A stretch of DNA of 64,000 nt from Candidatus Spyradenecus sp. (GCA_045535075.1 JAZSKX010000015.1:75994-139993); one strand, 5' to 3'. Counted from the first letter of the stretch, positions 40,795 through 50,761 are shown. Notes: generated by a model from the sequence alone, not told the origin. A program made the numbers and translations.

Positions 40795-41889
40795 ATGGCT
40801 AAGAAAACGACGAAAAAAGAAACGGAAAAAACCTTCGAAATTCCCGCCTTCCTGCGGGAACTCCTCGAAGCTAAAGCTCCCACCGGACATGAATTCGAAG
40901 CGCAGGCGGTTTGCGATAAATACATGAAAACCGTCGCCGACGAGTATCGCAAAGACGTGCTCGGCAATCGCATCGCGACGCTCAATCCGAAGGCAAAAAC
41001 CTCCGTCATGTTTGCCGGGCACATCGACGAACTCGGGCTTCAGATTTCCTACGTCGACGACAAAGGTTTCCTCTACTTCAACCTGCTCGGCGGGCACGAC
41101 CTGATTATTCCGAGCGGCCGCCGTGTTTTGATTTTAACGAAAAACGGCATCGTACTCGGCGTTACCGGAAAGCGCGCCGTTCACCTGATGAGCCCGTCCG
41201 AACGCACGAAAGTGCCCGAGGTTCACGAAATGTGGATCGATATCGGAGCGAGTTCCCGCGAAGACGCGCTCAAACGCGTTGCCATCGGCGATCCCGCCGT
41301 TTACGACGAAACCGTCGAGATTCTGAACGGTTCCGTCGCCGTTGCCCGCGCTTTTGACGACCGTGCCGGTTGTTACATCGCGATGGAAGCCGCTCGCCGC
41401 TTGGCGAAAGAAAAGAAACTCGCCGTGCGTGTTGACGCCGTCGCAACAACGCAGGAAGAAATCGGCACGCGCGGCGCGCAAACCGCCGCCCAAGGGCTGA
41501 ATCCGACCGTCGGGATTGCCATCGACGTTACGCACTCGACCGACCATCCGGACGCCGACAACCGTAAATTCGGACGCATCACGCTTTCCGGCGGTCCCGT
41601 GATTTGCCGCGGTCCGAACATCAATCCGATTGTGTTCGACAAGCTCGTTGCCGCCGCCGAAAAACTCGGCATTCCGTATCAGCTCGAAGCGGAATCGCGC
41701 CCGACGGGAACGGATGCACGCGTCATTCAAATGGCAAACGGAGGCGTTGCCGCCGGCTTGATTTCCGTGCCGTTGCGCTATATGCACACGCCGGGCGAAG
41801 TCGTCGATATCGCCGTCGTCGAACAATGCGTGCAACTCCTCGTTGAGTTCACGAAATCCGTTTCCGCCGGCGAATCTTTTGCTTGGTAA
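40795..41889 (+). CDS. M42-family aminopeptidase
   Basis: GHIDE, AFDDR, QEEIG.RGA, DVTH, RYMHTP. Confidence 0.93.
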   Translation: MAKKTTKKETEKTFEIPAFLRELLEAKAPTGHEFEAQAVCDKYMKTVADEYRKDVLGNRIATLNPKAKTSVMFAGHIDELGLQISYVDDKGFLYFNLLGGHDLIIPSGRRVLILTKNGIVLGVTGKRAVHLMSPSERTKVPEVHEMWIDIGASSREDALKRVAIGDPAVYDETVEILNGSVAVARAFDDRAGCYIAMEAARRLAKEKKLAVRVDAVATTQEEIGTRGAQTAAQGLNPTVGIAIDVTHSTDHPDADNRKFGRITLSGGPVICRGPNINPIVFDKLVAAAEKLGIPYQLEAESRPTGTDARVIQMANGGVAAGLISVPLRYMHTPGEVVDIAVVEQCVQLLVEFTKSVSAGESFAW

Positions 41890-41906
41890 ACGAAATTCGT
41901 TTTTTA

Positions 41907-41948
41907 GAAAAATCTCTCGCGAGGCGCGTGCTTCGCGAGAGATTTTTT
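41907..41948. terminator. Intrinsic terminator hairpin after the M42 gene
   Basis: AAAAATCTCTCGCGA...TCGCGAGAGATTTTT. Confidence 0.7.
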
Positions 41949-41955
41949 TGAAATA

Positions 41956-41995
41956 AAAAAACGTTCCCGTGAATTATTCCACGGGAACGTTTTTT
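41956..41995. terminator. Bidirectional motif-pair terminator at the end of glgP
   Basis: AAAAAACGTTCCCGTG-AATTATTC-CACGGGAACGTTTTTT. Confidence 0.85.
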
Positions 41996-42008
41996 AATCG
42001 GAAGGCTC

Positions 42009-44576
42009 TTATTCTTTAATGGAGATAGCCCATTCGACGTTGTTTTGTTCAACGGTGAGCGGGTTGAGCTTCCAGATGTCGTTGGCGTATTCCGAGATCG
42101 TGCGGTCGGAAGAGAACTTGCCGACGCGAGCCGTGTTGAGAATCGCCATTTTCGCCCATTTCGCCTTGTCTTGGAAGGCTTTGCCGACGCGTTCCTGGCA
42201 TTCGACATAGGAACGGTAGTCCGCGAGGACGAGGAACGGGTCGCCGCCTTCGAGAAGGCTACGAACGACCGGCGAAAGCGAGCCGGGCTGATTCGGCGTG
42301 AAGTAGTCGCCCGTGAGCCAGCCGAGAATCGCTTTGAGTTCTTCGTCGCGATTGTAGTAATCCCACGGATTGTAGCCGCGCTGACGGAGTTCTTTCACTT
42401 CTTCGACGGTCAGACCGAAGATGAAGATATTGTCATCGCCGACTTCTTCGCCGATTTCGACGTTCGCGCCGTCGAGCGTGCCGATTGTGAGCGCACCGTT
42501 GAGCGCGAGCTTCATGTTACCCGTTCCCGAGGCTTCTTTGCCGGCGGTGGAAATCTGCTCCGAAAGATCCGCTGCGGGAATGATTTTTTCCGCGAGAGAA
42601 ACGCGATAGTCCGGAAGGAATGCCACCTTGATTTTACCGTTCACGCGCGGGTCGTTGTTGATTTTTTCGCCGACCGCATTGATGGCGTGAATGATGTGTT
42701 TCGCCATGTCGTAGCCCGGAGCTGCTTTCGCACCGAAAACGAAGACGCGCGGCGTCATTTCGAACTTCGGATCGTTGAGCAGACGATAGTAAAGCGTCAG
42801 GATGTGAAGCAGGTTCAGGTGCTGACGTTTGTATTCGTGCAGGCGCTTGATTTGGACGTCGAAGAGCGCATCCGGGGAAACTTCGATATTGCAGAGTTTC
42901 TTGATGATGCGTGCGAGTTCAACTTTGTTTTCGCGCTTGATATCCATATAACGTTGCTGGAATGCAACGTCGTCGGCGTATTTTTCGAGACCGCGGAGCA
43001 GGTCGAGATCCTTCGGCCAATCTCCGGAGATTTTTTCGTTAATCAACGCGGAAAGCCCTTTGTTGCAGGAGAGCAGCCAACGGCGCGGCGTGATGCCGTT
43101 CGTCTTGTTGTTGAAGCGTTCCGGATACATTTCGTAGAAGTCGCGGAAAAGCGTTTGTTTGAGCAATTCCGTGTGGAGCGCGGCAACGCCGTTTGTCGAG
43201 TGGCTCGTGATAACGGCAAGGTAAGCCATGCGAACCTGCTTGACCGAACCTTCTTCGATAATGGAGAGCTGGCGTTTTTTGAATTCGTCGCCCGGCCATT
43301 TCTTGTCGACTTCGAGGAGGAAGCGGCGGTTGATTTCGTAGATAATCTGCAGGTGGCGCGGAAGAACTTTTTCGAACAGCGGAACGCTCCACTTTTCGAG
43401 TGCTTCCGGAAGCAGGGTGTGGTTCGTGTAGGCAAAAACTTTTGTAACCGTGTCCCAAGCTTTATCCCAAGAGAAACCTTCAACGTCCATGAGAAGGCGC
43501 ATCAGTTCCGGAATCGCAATTGTCGGGTGCGTGTCGTTGAGCTGAATTGCCGCTTTTTCGACGAGCGTGTCGAGCGTGCCGTTTTCTTTCTTGTGGCGGC
43601 GGATGATGTCTTGAAGCGAGCAGGAAACAAAGAAAATCTGCTGAACGAGACGAAGTTGACGACCGACAGCCGTTTTGTCGTTCGGGTAAAGCACTTTCGA
43701 AACGGTTTCGCTGTTGGCTTTTTCGCGAATTGCTTCGATGTAGCCGCCTTCGTTGAACTTGTGGAAATCGAATTCACGCGTGGCTTTGGCTTCCCAAAGA
43801 CGGAGGAAGTTAATCGTTTTTGCCTTGTAGCCGACAATCGGAATGTCCCACGGAACGCCGATAATCGGAGTCGTGTTTACCCAACGCGGTTTGAGGTGCC
43901 CGTTTTCGTCATAAGAAAGTTCGACGTTCCCGTAAAGCGGAACTTCGACGCGACGTGTTGCGCGGCGGACGTGCCACGGATTGCCGGAGAAAAGCCAGTT
44001 GTCGGCGTTTTCAACCTGATAGCCGTTCGAGAACGTTTGGCGGAACAGACCGAATTCGTAATGAATCCCGTAGCCGATCGCCGGAAGGTCGAGCGTCGCA
44101 AGCGAGTCAAGGAAGCAAGCCGCAAGGCGGCCGAGACCGCCGTTCCCGAGGCCCATGTCCTTTTCTTCTTCGAGGACGGCTTCCGGGTCGACGCCGAGTT
44201 CTTTGAGCGCAGCCTGAGCCGTTTCAAGCAGTCCGGCACTGGAAAGATTGTTGCGAAGCAGGCGCCCCATCAAATATTCGACGGAGAGATAGTAGCAACG
44301 GCGCGTTTTTTCATTAACGTGAACCGATTGCGTATTGATAAAACGGTGGTGGATCAAGTCGCGGACGGCACAGCTCGTCGCGAAAAGCCAGTCGTGCGTT
44401 GTCGCTGTATTCTTATTGCAGGCGAGTGTGCAACGCAGGTGGTAGAGAATCCATTGCTTGAAGGAATCGACTTCCGATTGCGTCGGCGTAGGAATAACTT
44501 CCGTTTGAACGGGAGCGTCGGCGGCTTCGATTTTTAATTTGGAAACCGCTTTTTTGGTTTTAGTTGCTTTTGCCAT
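42009..44576 (-). CDS. glgP: Glycogen/alpha-glucan phosphorylase
   Basis: [36 protein letters not shown]. Start at the ATG at 44576. Confidence 0.97.
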   Translation of the reverse strand: MAKATKTKKAVSKLKIEAADAPVQTEVIPTPTQSEVDSFKQWILYHLRCTLACNKNTATTHDWLFATSCAVRDLIHHRFINTQSVHVNEKTRRCYYLSVEYLMGRLLRNNLSSAGLLETAQAALKELGVDPEAVLEEEKDMGLGNGGLGRLAACFLDSLATLDLPAIGYGIHYEFGLFRQTFSNGYQVENADNWLFSGNPWHVRRATRRVEVPLYGNVELSYDENGHLKPRWVNTTPIIGVPWDIPIVGYKAKTINFLRLWEAKATREFDFHKFNEGGYIEAIREKANSETVSKVLYPNDKTAVGRQLRLVQQIFFVSCSLQDIIRRHKKENGTLDTLVEKAAIQLNDTHPTIAIPELMRLLMDVEGFSWDKAWDTVTKVFAYTNHTLLPEALEKWSVPLFEKVLPRHLQIIYEINRRFLLEVDKKWPGDEFKKRQLSIIEEGSVKQVRMAYLAVITSHSTNGVAALHTELLKQTLFRDFYEMYPERFNNKTNGITPRRWLLSCNKGLSALINEKISGDWPKDLDLLRGLEKYADDVAFQQRYMDIKRENKVELARIIKKLCNIEVSPDALFDVQIKRLHEYKRQHLNLLHILTLYYRLLNDPKFEMTPRVFVFGAKAAPGYDMAKHIIHAINAVGEKINNDPRVNGKIKVAFLPDYRVSLAEKIIPAADLSEQISTAGKEASGTGNMKLALNGALTIGTLDGANVEIGEEVGDDNIFIFGLTVEEVKELRQRGYNPWDYYNRDEELKAILGWLTGDYFTPNQPGSLSPVVRSLLEGGDPFLVLADYRSYVECQERVGKAFQDKAKWAKMAILNTARVGKFSSDRTISEYANDIWKLNPLTVEQNNVEWAISIKE

Positions 44577-44728
44577 TATGTGTTTTGTTTTCTGTGTAAA
44601 AATTAAAAGGTAGACGCTATCAAAATCCGCTATCGATGAAAAGAGAAATCGCATTTAAGCGTTCCCGCGCTGTCTCGACTTCGGGGAGGAAATCAAGCTC
44701 GAATATCACGAAAGAGTCCTAAAATAAA

Positions 44729-44759
44729 AACGTTCCCGCAGCTTTCCTGCGGGAACGTT
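44729..44759 (-). terminator. Motif-pair terminator after rplT
   Basis: AACGTTCCCGCAG-CTTTC-CTGCGGGAACGTT preceded by an A run (T tail on the minus strand). Confidence 0.8.
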
Positions 44760-44786
44760 CCCTTTTTGAAATTCGGTTAATTTAAC

Positions 44787-45143
44787 TTATGCGATAGCGG
44801 CCTTTGCTTTTTCGACAATTGCGGCGAACGCAGCGGCGTCGTGGATGGCGAGTTCGCTGAGGTTCTTACGGTCGATGATGATTTCCGCTTTTTTCAAACC
44901 GGCAACCAAGCGGCTGTAGGTGATGCCGAGAGGACGGCAAGCCGCGTTGATGCGGACGATCCAAAGTTGGCGGAAGTCCTGCTTTTTGTGGCGGCGGTGA
45001 ACATACGCATATTTCTGTGCGCGATTGACCGCATCGTTAGCGTGCGTATAAGCACGGGATTTCAACCCGAAGTAGCCTTTCGCTTTCTTCAAAACGCGTT
45101 TGCGGCGCGCGCGGGTTGCGGGAGAATTTGTTACACGTGACAT
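44787..45143 (-). CDS. rplT: 50S ribosomal protein L20
   Basis: AKGYFG, FRQLWIVRINAA, DRKNLSELA. Confidence 0.97.
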   Translation of the reverse strand: MSRVTNSPATRARRKRVLKKAKGYFGLKSRAYTHANDAVNRAQKYAYVHRRHKKQDFRQLWIVRINAACRPLGITYSRLVAGLKKAEIIIDRKNLSELAIHDAAAFAAIVEKAKAAIA

Positions 45144-45238
45144 GTTTTTACTTCTACTTTTTTAAGACCGCCGGGTCGTCGTTTGTTTCACCCGGCAAGT
45201 GCAGTTATTGTCTGGGTTCTTAATTTCCTTAATAGAGA

Positions 45239-45430
45239 TTAAGCAAACGGCATTGCAGACTTAAACGTCTTTTCGAAGCCTTCATCGACTCGCTTGTCTG
45301 CTCCGGAGCGACGACGTGCTTTCGTGCTCTTGTTGCGGAGAAGGTGGCGAGTGTTAGGCGAACGACGCATTAGTTTGCCGCTGCCGGTCACTTTGAACCG
45401 TTTTGCGATGGATTTCTTAGTTTTTTGCAT
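45239..45430 (-). CDS. rpmI: 50S ribosomal protein L35
   Basis: [17 protein letters not shown]; upstream of rplT. Confidence 0.95.
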   Translation of the reverse strand: MQKTKKSIAKRFKVTGSGKLMRRSPNTRHLLRNKSTKARRRSGADKRVDEGFEKTFKSAMPFA

Positions 45431-45580
45431 AAGAAGAATACCATGAAAACGATTTTGTTCGTGATTGTAAAGCGGTTTTTCGTGAATTCCGAAAGGCTGT
45501 TGTTTTATTGCGGAAAATAAAATTTCGATTTTGCGTTCCCGCGGGAACGAAGATTAAACTGGCGGGAAAAATTTATTCCG

Positions 45581-46774
45581 ATGGACGCTGCAGAACAAAT
45601 CGCACTTCTGAAACAACGCACCGAAGTTTTTCTCGGTGAAGAACAACTTATCGAACGCATCAAAGCGGGGAAAAAACTCCGCGTCAAACTCGGCGTCGAT
45701 CCCACGCGCCCCGACCTCACCTTCGGGCACATGGTCGTTTTCAACAAACTGCGCCAGTTTCAGGATATGGGGCACCAGGCCGTGCTCGTCATCGGCGATT
45801 TCACGACGCGCATCGGCGACCCGTCCGGCCGCAGCACCACGCGCCCAGTTTTGACCGAAGAAGAAATCGAGGAAAACGCCAAAACCTACCTCGAACAGGC
45901 GTTTAAAATTCTCGATCCCGAAAAAACCGAAGTCCGCCGCAACAGCGAATGGTTCGGCAAATGGTCGATGATCGACACGCTCCAGCTCGCCCGCCAAATG
46001 ACGGTGGCGCGCATGCTCGAACGCGACGATTTCGCCAAACGCTACGCCTCGAAAACGCCGATTTCCATCATCGAATTTCTTTATCCGCTCTTGCAGGGAC
46101 GCGATTCCGTCGAGCTTCAAAGCGATGTCGAAATCGGCGGCACCGACCAGCTTTTTAACAATCTCGTCGGTCGCCAGCTCCAAAAAGAAGCGGGAATGCC
46201 CGAGCAAGCCGTGCTCACGATGCCGCTCCTCGTCGGCTTGGACGGCGAACGCAAAATGTCCAAAAGCTACGGCAACTACATCGCGCTGAACGATTCCGCG
46301 AAAGATATGTTCGGCAAAATCATGAGCGTTCCCGACGCCACGATGTGGATTTACTACGAACTTCTTTTGGAAAAAACGCCCTCGGAAATCGCCGCCATGA
46401 AAAACGAGCATCCGATGGAAATGAAAAAACAACTCGCCGCCGCGCTCACCGCCAAATTCTACGGCGAAGAAGCCGGGCGCTACGAACGCGAACAGTTCGA
46501 AAACGTTTTCTCCAAAAAACAGGTGCGCGCCGATATTCCGGAATTTGCTTGGGACAAACTCGTTCCCGCGGGAACGCCCGACGCAAGCATCATCGATTTG
46601 CTCGCCGCAACGAAAATTTTCCCGAGCAAAAAGGAAATCCGCCGCCTCATCGAAGGCGGAGCCGTTAAAGTAAACGACGAAAAACTCTCCGACGTGAACG
46701 CGCGCCTCGCACGCGAAACCGCCGCGGGAACGGTTATTCAAGCCGGTAAACGCAATTTCGTGAAAATCGTTTAG
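45581..46774 (+). CDS. tyrS: Tyrosine--tRNA ligase
   Basis: GVDPT, TFGH (HIGH-like), GGTDQ, KMSKS, S4 domain ending QAGKR. Confidence 0.97.
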   Translation: MDAAEQIALLKQRTEVFLGEEQLIERIKAGKKLRVKLGVDPTRPDLTFGHMVVFNKLRQFQDMGHQAVLVIGDFTTRIGDPSGRSTTRPVLTEEEIEENAKTYLEQAFKILDPEKTEVRRNSEWFGKWSMIDTLQLARQMTVARMLERDDFAKRYASKTPISIIEFLYPLLQGRDSVELQSDVEIGGTDQLFNNLVGRQLQKEAGMPEQAVLTMPLLVGLDGERKMSKSYGNYIALNDSAKDMFGKIMSVPDATMWIYYELLLEKTPSEIAAMKNEHPMEMKKQLAAALTAKFYGEEAGRYEREQFENVFSKKQVRADIPEFAWDKLVPAGTPDASIIDLLAATKIFPSKKEIRRLIEGGAVKVNDEKLSDVNARLARETAAGTVIQAGKRNFVKIV

Positions 46775-46784
46775 CAAAACGACA

Positions 46785-47423
46785 ATGGAGTCGTTTAAGA
46801 AAATTTCCGTCGAAACTTGGGAACGGCGGGAACTGTTTCGATTTTATCAAAAATTTTCGAGCCCGAATTACAATGTCTCCGTGTCGTTGGATGCGTCGAC
46901 GCTTTATCGCTTCGCGCGGGAACAGGGACATTCGTTTTTTCTGCTGACTTGCTATGCGATTGCGCGGGCACTTAATGCCGTTCCCGAAATGCGCCGGCGT
47001 TTTGTCGATGAGAACACGGTTGCCGAATACGAAATAATCCATCCTTCGTGTCCGCTGGCACGGGAAGGGAGCGACCTTTTTGTTCAGGTGCTGCTCCCGT
47101 ACAAATCGAGCTTTTCCGCATTTCGGGAAACGGCTCAGCCGATTATTGATGCCGTACGAATCGGAAAAATCACAGAAAGCGATTTCAACGAAACCCCGAA
47201 TCTTTTTTGCGCTTCTTGCGTGCCGTGGTTCGAATCCTTGGGCGTGGCTTCCGCCGAGTATTCCCGCAATCAGGCGGAACAAATTATTACTTGGTTTAAA
47301 ATGAGCGAGGCGGGAAAAATGACGGTTTCCGGACGCTTCAATCACACTTTCACCGACGGCATTCATCTGGGCCGCTTTTTCAACGGAATTCAGGAAAATT
47401 TCCTAAATCCGGAAAAGCTCTAG
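46785..47423 (+). CDS. CatA-like O-acetyltransferase (chloramphenicol acetyltransferase family)
   Basis: W.RRE.F.FY, SCVPW, NHTFTDGIHLGRF (HxxxDG catalytic motif). Confidence 0.85.
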   Translation: MESFKKISVETWERRELFRFYQKFSSPNYNVSVSLDASTLYRFAREQGHSFFLLTCYAIARALNAVPEMRRRFVDENTVAEYEIIHPSCPLAREGSDLFVQVLLPYKSSFSAFRETAQPIIDAVRIGKITESDFNETPNLFCASCVPWFESLGVASAEYSRNQAEQIITWFKMSEAGKMTVSGRFNHTFTDGIHLGRFFNGIQENFLNPEKL

Positions 47424-47439
47424 GCGCGGGAAGAAAATA

Positions 47440-47829
47440 TCAGTGTTTCTTCGGCGGCTTACGGCCCTGATCCGGATTTTTCGGCGGAGGTTTTTTCTTC
47501 GGTTTTCTTTTTTTCTTTTTGTGCTTTTTCCTGGGCGGATCGTCATCGTCGAAGAAATCATCGTCGTCTTTTTCGTCGGCTACTTCTTTTGGCGGCGGAT
47601 AAACGACGGGATGCGGCGGCCCGTGGCGGGAATTCGGATCTCCCGGTTTTCCGTCCGGAGCCGGGCGTCGGCTTCTGTCGGGAATCCAACCGACGCGATT
47701 CATGCGATAAAGCGGATGGTAGGGATCGTCGTAGCAGGTGGCAGGTGTCGGTTCTGCACAGCCGAACAGCAGAAATACACTCAATGCGCAAATCTGCCGA
47801 ATCCCGAAGATTGTAGGAATTCCGTTCAT
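47440..47829 (-). CDS. Small lipoprotein with a Pro-rich, Asp-block and Lys-block tail
   Basis: Lipobox-like LFGC; DDDDFFDDDD followed by KKHKKKKRKPKKK. Confidence 0.6.
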   Translation of the reverse strand: MNGIPTIFGIRQICALSVFLLFGCAEPTPATCYDDPYHPLYRMNRVGWIPDRSRRPAPDGKPGDPNSRHGPPHPVVYPPPKEVADEKDDDDFFDDDDPPRKKHKKKKRKPKKKPPPKNPDQGRKPPKKH

Positions 47830-47970
47830 CGTTTCCCCGATAGAGTTTCGGGAATAGTGTAAATGTTGAGGCAATCGTGCAATGAAATAAGGAACCGCCG
47901 CAAATTCTTGCCTTTACGTACAAATCCGTAACCGCAAGGACGATGAGATTGTCGTTCCCGCAAAAAAAAC

Positions 47971-47997
47971 GTTCCCGCGAGAAAATCTCACGGGAAC
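47971..47997 (-). terminator. Motif-pair hairpin downstream of dapB
   Basis: GTTCCCGCGAGA-AAA-TCTCACGGGAAC with an A run just 5' of it. Confidence 0.7.
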
Positions 47998-48020
47998 ACA
48001 CGTCTCAAGCGTACAAAAAA

Positions 48021-48109
48021 GAACCGCGAATCAACACGGATTTACACGAATCGTTTTTTTTCTTCTTTCGAAGGAAATAATCCGTGTTTTCTCGCGTCTT
48101 CCGTGGTTC
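48021..48109. repeat. Imperfect inverted element built from CACGGA/TCCGTG-type units
   Basis: GAACCGCGAATCAACACGGATTTACACGAAT ... ATCCGTGTTTTCTCGCGTCTTCCGTGGTTC. Confidence 0.55.
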
Positions 48110-48128
48110 CTTATTTTTTATTTTTTGC

Positions 48129-48857
48129 TTATTCCAAACCGAGAACGGCGTCCATCCCGTAAATTGCCGGCGTCTTGCCGACAACCCAGTTCGCTGCATG
48201 TACTGCGCCGTTTGCAAAAATCGCACGCGACTCCGCCTTGTGCGTGAGTTCGACGCGCTCGCCTTCTCCGGCGAAAATCACCGTATGATCGCCGACGACG
48301 CTTCCGCCGCGCAACGCGTGCACGCCGATTTCGTCGCGGGAACGCTCACCGACCAAGCCCGAGCGCCCGTGGCGTTCGACGGATTTATTCAAGCCGCGTG
48401 CGGCTTCGACGACGGCGAGCAGCTTTTCCGCCGTTCCCGAAGGCGCATCTTTTTTGTGACGGTGGTGCATTTCGACAACTTCAATTTCGAAGGACTCATC
48501 GAGTAATTTCGCAGCTTTGCCGACGAGCCAATTCAGCACGTTTACGCCGACGGAATAATTTCCCGCCCAGACAATCGGAATTTTTTTTGCCGCAGCTTCG
48601 ATGCGGGAACGTTCTTCCGCCGTGTGCCCGGTCGTGCCGATGACGAGCGGTTTTCCCGCTTCCGCGCAGGCTTCCGCGAGCGCCGGCGTTACTTCGTGAA
48701 AAGAAAAGTCAATCGCGACGTTGCAGGCGGCGACGGCTTCCGGCGTGAACGTTTCGCCTACATCGCATTTGGCGATAACTTCCGTTCCCGCCGCTTGTGC
48801 TGCTGCGAGAATTGCCTGTCCCATGCGTCCTTTGTAGCCGTTTAATAAAATTTTCAT
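48129..48857 (-). CDS. dapB: 4-hydroxy-tetrahydrodipicolinate reductase
   Basis: GYKGRMG, IGTTG, EMHHRHKKDAPSGTA. Confidence 0.96.
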   Translation of the reverse strand: MKILLNGYKGRMGQAILAAAQAAGTEVIAKCDVGETFTPEAVAACNVAIDFSFHEVTPALAEACAEAGKPLVIGTTGHTAEERSRIEAAAKKIPIVWAGNYSVGVNVLNWLVGKAAKLLDESFEIEVVEMHHRHKKDAPSGTAEKLLAVVEAARGLNKSVERHGRSGLVGERSRDEIGVHALRGGSVVGDHTVIFAGEGERVELTHKAESRAIFANGAVHAANWVVGKTPAIYGMDAVLGLE

Positions 48858-48913
48858 ATGTATTTTTTAATCACGAATTTGTTTGAAAGAAAACAGAAAT
48901 TTGCCGCATCGGT

Positions 48914-49846
48914 TTAGCTCGCGCTTTTCGGAAGAAAATAGCCGCGTTGTTTGTCGGAAATCGGCATTCCGAGCGTTTGCATCATAACAAGAAAGTCTTC
49001 CCAGACCATGCGTTTGGATTTTACGGTCCCGTTGCGAAGCAGGTACGAAGGGTGGTAAGTCGGAATCACGGGAACGCCGTGAAACTCGAATTGCTTCCCG
49101 CGAATCGCGCCCATTTTGCGGTCCGGATCGTTTCCGAGCAAACCGTTAACCGCTGTCAACCCGAGCGCAACGATGACTTTCGGTTTAATGATTTCGATTT
49201 GGGCGATGACGTAGGGCAGGCAGTACGCCATTTCTTCCGGCGTCGGCGGGCGATTGCCGACGAGCGTCGGCATTTCCGGACGCCATTTCATGATGTTGCC
49301 GATGTAAACGTCCTTGCGGGAAAGTCCGGTCGCGGCGATGATCTTGTCGAGTAATTGGCCTGCCGGTCCGACAAACGGAATTCCTTGCGTTTCTTCTTCC
49401 GCGCCCGGCGCTTCGCCGCAGAAAAACACGGGAGAATCCGGATTCCCGTCGCCGAAAACAAGCTGTTTCCCCGCGTGTAAATGTTTTTTACATACGGAAT
49501 CTGCCTGCATTTGCGCGGCAACGGAGGCGAGTTTTTCCGCTTTCGTTCCCGCGTCGGGAATTTTGACAATCGGCGGTTTCGGGAACGCCGGTGTTTTCGG
49601 TGTCGTTTTTTTCTCGACGGGAACGCTCGCTGAGGGAAACACACCGCGCGAGGGCGATGTTGCGCGCGGCGCTTTTCGCGTTTCCGGCGGCGGACTTGCG
49701 GGCGCTTCGGAAACTGCGGGAACGCCCGCTGACTTTACGGCATTACGCAGTTGCGCGAGCGATACGTCGTCTGCGACAACGCGCTCCAGACCTTCTTCTT
49801 TCAAGGCTTGAAGCGTGTCGAGCAGGATTTCGAGCGCGTCGCGCAT
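48914..49846 (-). CDS. Uracil-DNA glycosylase, family 4
   Basis: GEAPGAEE, PFVGPAGQLL, NRPP, TYHPSYLL. Confidence 0.92.
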   Translation of the reverse strand: MRDALEILLDTLQALKEEGLERVVADDVSLAQLRNAVKSAGVPAVSEAPASPPPETRKAPRATSPSRGVFPSASVPVEKKTTPKTPAFPKPPIVKIPDAGTKAEKLASVAAQMQADSVCKKHLHAGKQLVFGDGNPDSPVFFCGEAPGAEEETQGIPFVGPAGQLLDKIIAATGLSRKDVYIGNIMKWRPEMPTLVGNRPPTPEEMAYCLPYVIAQIEIIKPKVIVALGLTAVNGLLGNDPDRKMGAIRGKQFEFHGVPVIPTYHPSYLLRNGTVKSKRMVWEDFLVMMQTLGMPISDKQRGYFLPKSAS

Positions 49847-49867
49847 GGCGATTTTCGCTTGCGGAAA

Positions 49868-50296
49868 TTATTCCATCCCCGGGACGAATGCGAGCGTTTC
49901 GCCGTCCTGAAGATTGAGTGTGCGGTAGTAGCACGAGCGGCGCGGCAAGCCGTTTTGTCCCTTGGTGTGGCAAGCGCCTTTACCTGCCGGGCGGACAAGG
50001 TAGAGCAGGGAATTTTGTTCGCAATTGATGCGGACTTCGACGAGTTTCAGAAAATCGCCGGATGTTTTCCCTTTAATCCAAAGTTCATTGCGGGAAGTGC
50101 TCCAAAACGTCGCCATGCCTTCCTTTAGCGCCGTTTCGAGCGCAAGTTTGTTCGCGTAAGCAACAATCAGCACTTCCTTTGTGTCGGCATCTTGTGCGAC
50201 CACGGGAACGACATCGGATTCGCATTGCGCCATGGCTTTGCGCAGTTTCGTGAAGTCAAAATCCAGCTTCAAACCTTCTTCAATTTCTTTACTCAT
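49868..50296 (-). CDS. hisI: Phosphoribosyl-AMP cyclohydrolase
   Basis: FWSTSR.ELW.KG.TSG, NCEQNSLL, ACHT..SCYY. Start at the ATG at 50296. Confidence 0.9.
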   Translation of the reverse strand: MSKEIEEGLKLDFDFTKLRKAMAQCESDVVPVVAQDADTKEVLIVAYANKLALETALKEGMATFWSTSRNELWIKGKTSGDFLKLVEVRINCEQNSLLYLVRPAGKGACHTKGQNGLPRRSCYYRTLNLQDGETLAFVPGME

Positions 50297-50451
50297 AGTG
50301 GCGCAAGATTCTGCCTCTCCGGCGGGAATTTGGCAAAAGAATTTGTGAACTCTCGATCTTTCGCGTTCCGGATTTCGCGATTTTTTTCGTTCCCGCGTGA
50401 TTTTTGAAATTTTTTCGCGAATGTAGAGTAAATGCACTCTCTAAAACACCG

Positions 50452-50696
50452 CTACACGGCAGATTTTTTATCTGCGTTTTTCGCCACGGGAACGCCCGGA
50501 GGCGCTTTGCGTGCGCGCGGTTTGAAGTCGTACGGGAGCTCGATTTTTCCTCCGCTTTGCTTGGCATCTTCCAAGAGCGATTTAATCGCCATGCGCACGA
50601 TATCCGCCGCATTCAAATGCCAGCGCTCCGCCAACGCTTCCAGCGTTTTGCGGTCTTCGGGATCAAGGCGAATCCCATGGAAGGTTTAATGTTCAT
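50452..50696 (-). pseudogene. Ribbon-helix-helix (CopG-like) DNA-binding protein with an apparent 1-nt frameshift
   Basis: GIRLDPEDRKTLEALAERWHLNAADIVRMAIKSLLE has no in-frame ATG upstream. Adding one G to the GGG at 50674-50676 joins it to MNIKPSM. Confidence 0.6.
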
Positions 50697-50761
50697 TGCA
50701 CCCGCAACGATGCGCTCCCGTAGCCATTCCCGCAAACAGAAGGGCGGGAACGCAATTGCTG

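Noticed and set aside
42045..44537. 830-aa ORF on the plus strand; similar cases at 9795-11435, 45554-46777 and 54476-55636
   Set aside because: These are antisense shadows of glgP, asnS, tyrS and tdh.
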